Of a DNA stretch of 64,000 nt, positions 19,223-27,557 are shown piece after piece. Under the pieces are notes generated by a model. It saw only the letters and a program-made list of their open reading frames with translations, did not search any database and was not told the DNA's origin. The position numbers and the translations under genes were made by a program. This DNA is from an uncultured Myxococcales bacterium (lineage in GTDB: Bacteria; Myxococcota_A; UBA9042; CAIXZC01). The number at the start of each line of letters is the position of its first letter. Position 1 is the first letter of the stretch. The stretch covers positions 1,269 through 65,268 of the forward strand of contig CAZQHM010000014.1 in assembly GCA_964593355.1 (NCBI GenBank), written 5' to 3'.

Positions 19223-19843
19223 TCAAAGCAACTGGGAGAGTGACAGCTCTCGTTGCAGTTGGGAGACCACGGCGCTGGCTGTGAGGGCTGGGTTCCACGC
19301 AGCGAGATTCTGCACGAAGGCAAGGTGCGAGCGGCCTGCCCTGTAGTCAGGCTCTTTGGCCGGATGGCGCAGCAGCCGGTCGATAACAGAGAGGTCTGCA
19401 TTCACGAGTATCACCGCCGAATAGTAGAGCACGCCCCTGCGCCACAACATCCCCGACCCCGAGATCTTTCGGTCCTCTACGGTGAGGTCGCTGAATCCCG
19501 ATACCCCCACTGCCACACCCGCCACAGAACTCAAGGGCGTCGAGAGCCAGCGGCCGATGTTTGCCAGATGATGCTCCAGACGCCCCCTGGTGGGCACGGG
19601 AAGAGAAATCGAGACCACCACCTGCCCGGGCCCCAGCACCACTGTGCCACCCCCACTTGGCCGCCGCACCACCGGCACCTCCTCGGCCAGACATCGCTCC
19701 AACTCGACATCGACCTCAGGACGCCCATGACGCCCCACCACCACCATGAGGCGCTCGGGCACACTCAACTTTAGCCGTGGCGCCCCATCCTCAACGCTTC
19801 GGGCAATCATCTCGTCGTCCTGGGTCCAAAACGGTAGAATCAT
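19223..19843 (-). CDS. Lipoate-protein ligase A family, catalytic domain only
   Basis: RRPSGGGTVVLGPG and KISGSG motifs; 206 aa, no C-terminal accessory domain. Confidence 0.8.
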   Translation of the reverse strand: MILPFWTQDDEMIARSVEDGAPRLKLSVPERLMVVVGRHGRPEVDVELERCLAEEVPVVRRPSGGGTVVLGPGQVVVSISLPVPTRGRLEHHLANIGRWLSTPLSSVAGVAVGVSGFSDLTVEDRKISGSGMLWRRGVLYYSAVILVNADLSVIDRLLRHPAKEPDYRAGRSHLAFVQNLAAWNPALTASAVVSQLQRELSLSQLL

Positions 19844-19922
19844 GGCACCCCGCTAACAAGCCAACAGGTGGCACCCCAGTCTAATCCCCAAACGGCTCAG
19901 CGCAAATCCGGCGACGGACATA

Positions 19923-19964
19923 GGGGCCTCGTCAGGCCGAATTGGGGCCTCGTCAGGCCGAATT
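19923..19964. repeat. Perfect 21-bp tandem duplication, each unit with an internal palindrome
   Basis: ggggcctcgtcaggccgaatt at 19923-19943 and 19944-19964; each unit contains GGCCT-cgtc-AGGCC. Confidence 0.9.
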
Positions 19965-20072
19965 GTCCCATGAGAAGCTCTCCTGTCATGGGTGCCTGCA
20001 GCCTCAGACCGCCAAAATCTGCTGGGAAATCTCTGTCAGATCAGGACCGAAGGGGGGGGGGAATGCCGTTGC

Positions 20073-22319
20073 TCAGGGCATGGGGAGAGTCGCAGGCTGT
20101 CGAAGCCTGTACGTAGCGTCGAGGTGGTCTACCAGTTCGAACACAATGTCCTCGTAGCGCATCACAGCCGCTGCCTCTACATCGCCCCACTTGTTGGACT
20201 TCTGGTTGGCGAAGAAGTGGCCACCGTTGCACTCCTGGTGGAGTTCGCCCTTAGGAATCTCCAACAGTTGACACTCTTCGTGGGTGCCCTTGCAGTCGGG
20301 ATCAGAGCAGGACCAGCCGTTGTAGCCCTCTTGCTCGAAGCAGGCGCAGTAGCGCTTGCCCGTCTCTTTGTGAATTCGGCAGCACTGCCCTTCGGGAATG
20401 ACCAACATGAACTTACCCATCTTGCCAATCTTCATCATCATGTTGAAGACCAGGCCCACGGCGATGGAGTCGTTGGCCATCATGCCGTGGCCAAGCAGGT
20501 AGATGTAAAGCGGATAGGTCTTGTCGGTATCTGTGTTGTAGCAGGGGGGAATGCTGTAGGCATAGCCGTAGCGGTTCTGGAGAGCCTCGGAATAGAAGGT
20601 TGAGTAGGCGGTGCTGCCTGCATCGGTGCCCACGGAGCACTTGGTCCAGTCCACGCCGGGCCACCTGGTAACAGGGGTCACCATCATGGTCCAGGCCCTG
20701 TTGAAGATCTCGTTTCCAGACCCCACGTGCTTGCCGTCGCCCTTCTTGATTTCGGCTTCGGTGGCGTTGGGGTTGCCGTAGGCCACAAGGAGGTTCTTGC
20801 CAACGGATTTGGCGTCGAGTTTGCACTTGTCGCCGGCGCTGTCCAAGGTGGAGTCCTTGCCCATGGGGCAGAGCGAGTCATCGAACCTGACGAAATCGTT
20901 GTAGATTTTGGTGTTTGGTTCACGGGCCTTGAGTTGCTGGGCCAGACCATAGGTTGAGGTGAGGGCGTGGAGCGCGTCGCGGATGCCGCCATCGAAGGTG
21001 ATGTCCACGGCATCCAGCTCTTCCTGGGTAGCGTTCTTGATCCAGGTTGAGACCGAGCGGTCGATGGCTTCCTGTGCGTGGGGGTTGATGGTGAACTCGC
21101 CATCGCCCTCGCCGAAGTCGGCTGTGCCGTCAACGCCATCCAGGCCGAAGTCATTGTAGATCTCACCCTCATCCCAGAGGTTATTGCCTTGGGTTCCGAA
21201 GGGGTTGTTGATGAGGTCGTAGTTGTCGCCGTTGGGGTCGCCCGCGGCGCCGTTGGCGGTGCAGCCGCCGTTACCGTCTTCCAGGGCATCAGGGCAACCG
21301 TCGACGCCGAAGTCTTCGAAGCGCTCCATGATGTTCATGACGAGGGGTTCGTGCATATCCCTGCGGCCGTTGCCGTTGTAGTCCACGGCAAGGGCGAGGT
21401 TGACCGGGCGACGGTGCTCATAGGCAGGATCGTAGGCGCCAAGGAGCGTCCAGTAGTCGGGGTTCTCTTTGCCACCCTGCACGGGCTCTTCGCCATCGCA
21501 GAAGGTGACAAGGTCGTACTCGCCATCGGGATTGTATTCAGCGTTGTAGTTGTGGGGCTTACCCACTTTGTAGGGGTTTGTGCAACGCTCGGTGGTATCG
21601 CCGGGAGCGGCCCACTCAACGGGCACGCCCGCAGGAAGATAGGGGTGATCGGGGTTGTAGTTGGCAATATTGCCCATGGCGGTGCAGATGCCCTCGATGG
21701 CCTCCAGGTAGAAGTCTCGGTCCCACGTGCCGCCAGAGTCATCGGCATGCCAGTTGTTGAAGTCCACGGCGAACTCCCACGGGTCTCTGGGTGCAACGGG
21801 GCCGCACTTCAGAGCCTGGGAGTCGGGGTCGTTGACCTCTTCGATGTTTGCCAGGATGGTCTCCATGCTGCAGAAGCCGCCAAAGAAGGCGCGGCGGAAG
21901 AAGTCGGCCAGGTAGTAGTAGTTAATGTAGCCACCGTTGGCGGCCACATGGTCGAAGACTCCCTGGTGGTTAACATGAAGGGTGAGGGCTCCGGCACCCA
22001 TGGACATGCCGCCGATTCCTTTGAAGGTGTAGTTGCGGTAGACCGGCTCAACTACCTCCTCGATGTCCGTGGTGTCCTCCTGGTCCTGGTCCTCGATGTC
22101 AGTCACCTCTTCGACGGCGTCGGAAAGGTCCTCCACCGAATCGGGCTCGACCACCATCTCACCGGGAAGCTCCGGCTCCTTGTTGTCGGGCATCTGAAGG
22201 TCCGCTTCCGCATCAACCACATCCGCTTGCCCCGTCTGGTCCTCAGGAGTGCTTGAATCACTCGAGCAACCCCAGAATCCCACCGAGACCAACACGAACA
22301 ACACCCCTAACCTTCTCAT
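20073..22319 (-). CDS. Lipoprotein with alpha/beta-hydrolase nucleophile motif and Asp/Gly-rich putative Ca-binding repeats
   Basis: Lipobox FWGC, acidic linker, GGMSMGAG elbow, DYNGNGRRD and DGVDG motifs, Cys-rich C-terminus. Confidence 0.7.
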   Translation of the reverse strand: MRRLGVLFVLVSVGFWGCSSDSSTPEDQTGQADVVDAEADLQMPDNKEPELPGEMVVEPDSVEDLSDAVEEVTDIEDQDQEDTTDIEEVVEPVYRNYTFKGIGGMSMGAGALTLHVNHQGVFDHVAANGGYINYYYLADFFRRAFFGGFCSMETILANIEEVNDPDSQALKCGPVAPRDPWEFAVDFNNWHADDSGGTWDRDFYLEAIEGICTAMGNIANYNPDHPYLPAGVPVEWAAPGDTTERCTNPYKVGKPHNYNAEYNPDGEYDLVTFCDGEEPVQGGKENPDYWTLLGAYDPAYEHRRPVNLALAVDYNGNGRRDMHEPLVMNIMERFEDFGVDGCPDALEDGNGGCTANGAAGDPNGDNYDLINNPFGTQGNNLWDEGEIYNDFGLDGVDGTADFGEGDGEFTINPHAQEAIDRSVSTWIKNATQEELDAVDITFDGGIRDALHALTSTYGLAQQLKAREPNTKIYNDFVRFDDSLCPMGKDSTLDSAGDKCKLDAKSVGKNLLVAYGNPNATEAEIKKGDGKHVGSGNEIFNRAWTMMVTPVTRWPGVDWTKCSVGTDAGSTAYSTFYSEALQNRYGYAYSIPPCYNTDTDKTYPLYIYLLGHGMMANDSIAVGLVFNMMMKIGKMGKFMLVIPEGQCCRIHKETGKRYCACFEQEGYNGWSCSDPDCKGTHEECQLLEIPKGELHQECNGGHFFANQKSNKWGDVEAAAVMRYEDIVFELVDHLDATYRLRQPATLPMP

Positions 22320-22702
22320 GCAATCCTCCCAAAACCGTCGCGAAATCCCCATACGGCCACGGCGCCAGCACTATTCCGGCACGCCGCCAACCCGATGCAC
22401 AGCATCCGCTGGAGTAGACTAATCTTGTCAACTACTGTCAAGGGCAAAGTCGGCACAATACCGTGGTCTCCATCCAGGAAATGTCGTGGCCCGGTCCTTC
22501 CTGTCTTGACCCTCAAGCGCAGGTCAAGTGGTTCGCTGCTCAATTGCCCCTAAACCACTGCTCACTATTCTCGCCCCTACCCCTCGACTCGGCACGAGCC
22601 TCGCTCGGGGTAAACGGCTGGGGGGCGGATCGAGATATCTGAGCAGCCGTGTAGCATCATCCACCTCTTCAGCCGGTATCGCCGGGTTGAAGCCTTCTTC
22701 AG

Positions 22703-23908
22703 CTAAAGCGTCTTTGGGTAGTTGGGTGTGATAGAATGTCCATTGTCATCATTGACAACTTGCGTCACTTTGCCTGATGGCCAGTGTAGAGTAGCAGCGT
22801 TCCATAGATCACCATGTCGTAATTCTACATTAGCTACCTCCAATACCAAAGCCCCATAGATATAAAATCGTAAAGTGGCGAAAGCTGGGCCATATCCGTG
22901 ATCATCCCAATAGTGTACGCCGATATGATATGACGCGTTAGTTTCTGGCTTAGAAAAGTTGAGATTTTCGGGACCTCCACCATCAACGTCGTCACGGTCC
23001 AGTCTTGGATCGTCATTGACTTCTAACTGAAAGCTGCCCCAGTTGGGCTGCGGGTTGAACCAGTAACAGTCATTCAAGGAGTCAAACCAGGGGTCAGGAA
23101 GGCCGTCGTTGTCATAGTCTGGCTGGATTGATAATTGATTACCAAAATGTAAATCAAGGTCGCTGCCTGTGTTTGGTCCCGTGTCGGTTTCATCGTTGTC
23201 ACCCGGAGTGTTCCAGAGCAGTTCTATGTGAATTACCTCACTACATGTCACTATTAGCTCATACTTGGCAGTAGCACACGATTTGTTGCCATTTTGATCC
23301 CACACATCCAGTGAGAACTCGTAGAGCCCAGCGACATTTGCTTCGAAACTCGGGTCCGGGAAGAGGTATGACGGCACGAACACCGAACCCGCCAACGGCG
23401 GTTGCTGAACACTCCACTGCCACTTCACCACCTTACTCGACGAAGAGAAACTCTCAGACCCGATGAGGTGAAGGATGGTCTGAGGGATGACCTCTTGGCC
23501 CTCCGGACACTTGATGACCGCTGTGGGGCAGGTGCTCGCAATGTCGTCAACAGTCTCATAGAAGGGCAGGTCAGGCGAGTGGTTGTCAACACCGGTGCCG
23601 TCAACGAGGTTCAGGTCCGCTTCCACAACGTCCGATCCGGTGGAGTCTACAGAACCGGTTTCGGGCTGAGCGAGTTCAACCCCGGGCAAGTCGGAACCGG
23701 CTAACTCCCCCATGGAGAAGTCCCCCAGGGACGAGTCCAAGCAGCAAGAGTCCATGCCACCCGTCTCACCCGCTGCGTCCCCGGTTGGGCCCACAGCCGA
23801 GTCCCCACCTTCAGCCCCGGCATCAACAATGCTCGGTCCGGGGCTCGTGGGACACCCGAACAAGCTCACTACAAGGCCGCTACAAATCGCCCACACCAGG
23901 TAACGCAT
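22703..23908 (-). CDS. Lipoprotein with PKD/Ig-like domain and YfaP/DUF2135-like C-terminal domain
   Basis: Lipobox LFGC; WQWSVQQPP...GLYEFSLDVWD (PKD-like); IELLWN...DLDLH...RLDRDDVDGGGPENL (YfaP-like). Confidence 0.7.
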   Translation of the reverse strand: MRYLVWAICSGLVVSLFGCPTSPGPSIVDAGAEGGDSAVGPTGDAAGETGGMDSCCLDSSLGDFSMGELAGSDLPGVELAQPETGSVDSTGSDVVEADLNLVDGTGVDNHSPDLPFYETVDDIASTCPTAVIKCPEGQEVIPQTILHLIGSESFSSSSKVVKWQWSVQQPPLAGSVFVPSYLFPDPSFEANVAGLYEFSLDVWDQNGNKSCATAKYELIVTCSEVIHIELLWNTPGDNDETDTGPNTGSDLDLHFGNQLSIQPDYDNDGLPDPWFDSLNDCYWFNPQPNWGSFQLEVNDDPRLDRDDVDGGGPENLNFSKPETNASYHIGVHYWDDHGYGPAFATLRFYIYGALVLEVANVELRHGDLWNAATLHWPSGKVTQVVNDDNGHSITPNYPKTL

Positions 23909-23981
23909 GATAACCCCCGTGCAAGAGCTGGCATTTTACGCAGAGGGATAGATTGATGCAAGTGTGGTTTAGAACCGCTTG

Positions 23982-24015
23982 GCGGCTGTGTACCCTGCCT
24001 TCGACGGCCCCGAGG
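23982..24015. repeat. Dispersed intergenic repeat, copy 1
   Basis: gcggctgtgtaccctgccttcgacggccccgagg; 30/34 nt identical to 39841-39874 by manual alignment. Confidence 0.75.
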
Positions 24016-24287
24016 CGCAGCCCTTCTGGAACTCTGTTCGGAACCGGGATTGGGCTGGAACGTCGGTGAGAATGAGGGGCGGGGAGTGAGGGCGCTGCTT
24101 CCGGGGCTACAATAGCATTGCCGAATCAGTCTGGGAGCGAAACAGCCTCCCCACGGGCTCGTGAGCGGGCCGGAATGAGACATTCTTGACCGCCGTCGGG
24201 TTCTGATACAGACTCCCCGGTCCCTCGAAGGGCCGGGGGCGTCCCGGTCTGGTGCCGCTACCGCATCCCGGGTGATAAGGAGACTCC

Positions 24288-25490
24288 ATGAACTTCGAAT
24301 CCGTGGTCCAGAAGGCCGAATTCTATCGGCAGGATGTTGCGCAGTTCCTCAGAGACATCGTCGCCATACCCTCGGAGAGCGCTCAAGAGAGGCTGGTTGT
24401 GGAGCGCATCGCACAAGAGATGCGTAAGGTTGGCTTCGATGAAGTCAAAATCGACCCCATGGGTAACGTCATGGGCAGAATAGGCTCCGGAGAGCGAGTA
24501 ATCGCCATGGATGCCCATATCGACTGCGTGGGCGTCGGCGACCCCGCCGCCTGGTCCTGGGACCCGTTCAAAGGCAAAGTCGAGGATGAGGTAATCTTCG
24601 GCAGAGGCGCCACAGACCAGAAGGCGGGCATGGCCTCCATGGTATACGGTGCCAAAATAATCAAAGACCTGGACCTCTCGGGCGATTACACCCTGTGGGT
24701 CGTGGGCTCGGTGCAGGAAGAGGACTGCGACGGCCTCTGCTGGCAATACATACTCAACGAAAAGGTCCTTGCTCCTGAGGTGGTGGTCATCACCGAACCA
24801 ACGAACCTCGGGCTTTACCGAGGCCATCGCGGCCGCATGGAAATAGGAGTCACCACCAGAGGCGTCTCGTGCCACGGCAGCGCACCGGAGCGTGGCGTGA
24901 ACGCTGTGTACATGATGTCCAAAATCGCCCTGGAGATAGAAAAACTCAACGAGCGACTCGCAGACGACCCGTTCCTGGGCAAGGGGACTATCACCGTCTC
25001 GTACATCGAGTGCTCAACGCCCTCCCTCTGCGCCGTACCGGACCGGGCCTACATCCACCTTGACCGCCGCCTTACCAGGGGCGAAACCGAGGAGAGTGCC
25101 GTGGCCGAAGTGAAGGATGCCGTGGCCAGAGCCGGTGTGGAAGCAGAAGTGAAGGTGCTGGAGTACGAAGTGCCTTCCTATACTGGTTTAGTATACAAAA
25201 CAAAGAAATACTACCCCACCTGGGCCCTGGAGCCCGACCACCCGCTCTGCGAAGCCGCCGTGGGCACCTTCAGAAGCCTCTTCAGCGAGGAGCCCAGGGT
25301 TGACAAGTGGACATTCAGTACCAACGGCATTGCCACCATGGGGATGAAGGGCATTCCGACTATCGGTTTTGGCCCGGCCCATGAGATCTACGCCCACTCC
25401 ACCCTGGACCAGTGCCCCATCGACCACCTGGTGAAGGCAGCAGCTTTTTACGCCGCCTTCCCCACGGTGTATTGCGGCCGAAGAGGGTAG
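24288..25490 (+). CDS. ygeY: YgeY-family M20 metallo-amidohydrolase
   Basis: DAHIDCVG, GRGATDQKAG, QEEDCDGLCW, HRGRMEI, SCHGSAPERG, KWTFSTNG, GPAHE..AH; adjacent to ygeW. Confidence 0.88.
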   Translation: MNFESVVQKAEFYRQDVAQFLRDIVAIPSESAQERLVVERIAQEMRKVGFDEVKIDPMGNVMGRIGSGERVIAMDAHIDCVGVGDPAAWSWDPFKGKVEDEVIFGRGATDQKAGMASMVYGAKIIKDLDLSGDYTLWVVGSVQEEDCDGLCWQYILNEKVLAPEVVVITEPTNLGLYRGHRGRMEIGVTTRGVSCHGSAPERGVNAVYMMSKIALEIEKLNERLADDPFLGKGTITVSYIECSTPSLCAVPDRAYIHLDRRLTRGETEESAVAEVKDAVARAGVEAEVKVLEYEVPSYTGLVYKTKKYYPTWALEPDHPLCEAAVGTFRSLFSEEPRVDKWTFSTNGIATMGMKGIPTIGFGPAHEIYAHSTLDQCPIDHLVKAAAFYAAFPTVYCGRRG

Positions 25491-25556
25491 GGGCTGACGG
25501 TTGTTACCGGTTCCCCACGCCCGGGCGGCGAGGGGTAACGACAATAGGAGTCTCAC

Positions 25557-26744
25557 ATGGAAAAAATTCGATCGCTTATAACGCAACTGGAAGACCGCAA
25601 GTGCAACATGGCCGGTACGGATTTCTTGCTCACCTGGGAGAAGCGCGTGGAGGAGATCCTTGCTACCCTGGATACGGCAGACATTCTCAGAGAGATGTAC
25701 AAGGCCAACATTTCCACCAAGGTCTTCGATTCTGGTCTCGCGGTCTCTCTCTTCAGGGACAAGTCCACACGAACCAGGTACTCCTTCGAGTCTGCAGCAA
25801 ACCTTCTGGGGCTCTCTCTGCACGACCTCGACGAGGGCAAGAGCCAGATTTCGCATGGCGAGACCGTGCGTGAGACGGCGAACATGATCTCCTTCCTTAC
25901 GGAGGTCATCGGCATCCGAGACGATATGTATCTTGGGGCCGGCAACGCCTATATGCGGGAGGTGGCCGCTTCGGTTCAGGACGGATTTGAGGCTGGAGTA
26001 CTTCCGCAGCGTCCCACACTCGTGAACCTGCAGTGCGACATCGACCACCCAACTCAGGCCATGGCCGACCTGGCGCACCTTGTGCACCACTACGGTTCGG
26101 TGGAGCAGCTTCGTGGCAAGAAGATTGCTATGACCTGGGCCTACTCTCCCTCCTACGGAAAGCCCCTCAGCGTGCCCCAGGGCATCATCGGTCTTATGAC
26201 CAGATTCGGCATGGATGTGGTGCTTGCTCACCCCGAGGGTTACAACCTGATACCCGACGTTGTTGAGACAGCGGGCAGGCAGGCCGGGGAGTCGGGGGGC
26301 CGCTTCACGGTGGCCCACTCCATGGAGGATGCCTTCGTTGACGCCGACATCGTCTACCCGAAGAGTTGGGCCCCCTACGAAGTGATGGGCAAGCGCACCG
26401 AGTTGCTCAGGGCGAAGGATCATAAGGGTCTGGAGGAGCTCGAGAAGGTTGCATTGGGCAACAACGCCCGCTTCAAGCACTGGGAGTGTACCGAAGACCT
26501 GATGAAGCGCACCAGGGAAGGCAAGGCCCTCTACATGCACTGCCTGCCCGCCGATATCTCGGGGGTCTCGTGCAAGGAGGGGGAAGTAGCGGCCTCGGTC
26601 TTCGACCGCTACCGCAACGCCACCTACGTTGAGGCCGGCTTCAAACCATACATCATTGCTGCCATGATTCTGCTCTCAAGGTTCCCCGAGCCCGCAGCGC
26701 TCTTCGACAACCTGCTGGCCCGAAGGCGGTCTCGGCGCGGTTAA
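25557..26744 (+). CDS. ygeW: YgeW-family knotted carbamoyltransferase
   Basis: FRDKSTRTR, GETVRETANMISF, NLQCDIDHPTQ, SYGKPLSVPQG, YMHCLPADI. Confidence 0.93.
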   Translation: MEKIRSLITQLEDRKCNMAGTDFLLTWEKRVEEILATLDTADILREMYKANISTKVFDSGLAVSLFRDKSTRTRYSFESAANLLGLSLHDLDEGKSQISHGETVRETANMISFLTEVIGIRDDMYLGAGNAYMREVAASVQDGFEAGVLPQRPTLVNLQCDIDHPTQAMADLAHLVHHYGSVEQLRGKKIAMTWAYSPSYGKPLSVPQGIIGLMTRFGMDVVLAHPEGYNLIPDVVETAGRQAGESGGRFTVAHSMEDAFVDADIVYPKSWAPYEVMGKRTELLRAKDHKGLEELEKVALGNNARFKHWECTEDLMKRTREGKALYMHCLPADISGVSCKEGEVAASVFDRYRNATYVEAGFKPYIIAAMILLSRFPEPAALFDNLLARRRSRRG

Positions 26745-27295
26745 GCAGGCCGCTGCCATCGTTCCTCGACAACCAAAGCCCTCTCAGGCCCCTGGCAGCT
26801 TGCGCGCGGTGGTCGATCATGAGAGTGGCCACCGGGGCCCGAGCCCCTGGTGTACGCCCGAATGATCCAGCCACCTGGTAGAACACTTGAGAGCGGCAAT
26901 CCTTACAAAACACAACCTTGTGCTGGTGGATCCATGGAGCGTTGATCTCAACAGTGGTCGGCTGCTACAAAATCGATGGAGTTTTTCCGGGCGAATGGTG
27001 GGGGGATTTCCCTGAAAAATCAGGCACTTACATAACTAACAAGCCCCTAACGCGAACATTTTTCGGGCTTGGCTGCAAAGGCTCCGCGCGCAGCCATAAA
27101 TCAACTTGAACAATGGCCAAAAATCGTGTGATTTCAGGGGCTTAGCATGGTCATGCGAATCAGGTACCTTCTGGACATCCCACCGCACCCTCAAAAAAGG
27201 AGAGAAAAGAGTGGTCGGGGCCTGAGATGCCCATGAAACCGGGCTGAGCGCCTACCCGGAAACCGGGATCTGTGAATTCGCTCTGGGCCCCCTCA

Positions 27296-27325
27296 TTGAC
27301 ACCCTGGCCGCAGACCTAATATCCT
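27296..27325 (+). promoter_or_regulatory. Candidate sigma70-type promoter for nrdD
   Basis: TTGACA at 27296-27301; TAATAT at 15-nt or TATCCT at 18-nt spacing; about 230 nt upstream of the nrdD start. Confidence 0.4.
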
Positions 27326-27557
27326 CCGCAAAGAACGTACGGAGCTTGGGTTCGAGCCTCACTCTTTCAGGCCCGGATTTGTCTGCGGTCCCCCTCCAAG
27401 GGGGTGATCTGCAGTCGAACGATGCTGCTCCTGAATCCGTGCTTCTGGTGCCCCTGCGGGCGCTTCATTGGTTACTGACCCTGGTGGGTTGACATAGGCA
27501 AGAAGGCAAGGAACACGGCCGTCGGATGCGCCGGCGGTCGCTGCAGCGGAGGTCGCA

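Noticed and set aside
19923-19964. CRISPR array
   Set aside because: Only two directly adjacent units, no spacers, no cas genes.
21078-22256. Long antisense ORFs (e.g. 21078..22256, 28245..29393, 30754..31803, 56707..58071, 58503..59906, 25188..26540)
   Set aside because: They lie opposite well-supported genes, show antisense-typical composition and no motifs, as expected in GC-rich DNA.
24258-24875. 205-aa minus-strand ORF overlapping ygeY
   Set aside because: Antisense shadow of a conserved gene; no recognisable domain.
27215-27275. TPP-riboswitch-like string (gctgag...tacccg..aaacc..gatc)
   Set aside because: Lacks the downstream UAAUGC-type core, lies upstream of the candidate promoter, and nrdD is not a thiamine gene.
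27325-27557. Cobalamin riboswitch or NrdR boxes upstream of nrdD
   Set aside because: Could not find the B12-box or the NrdR palindrome by eye.
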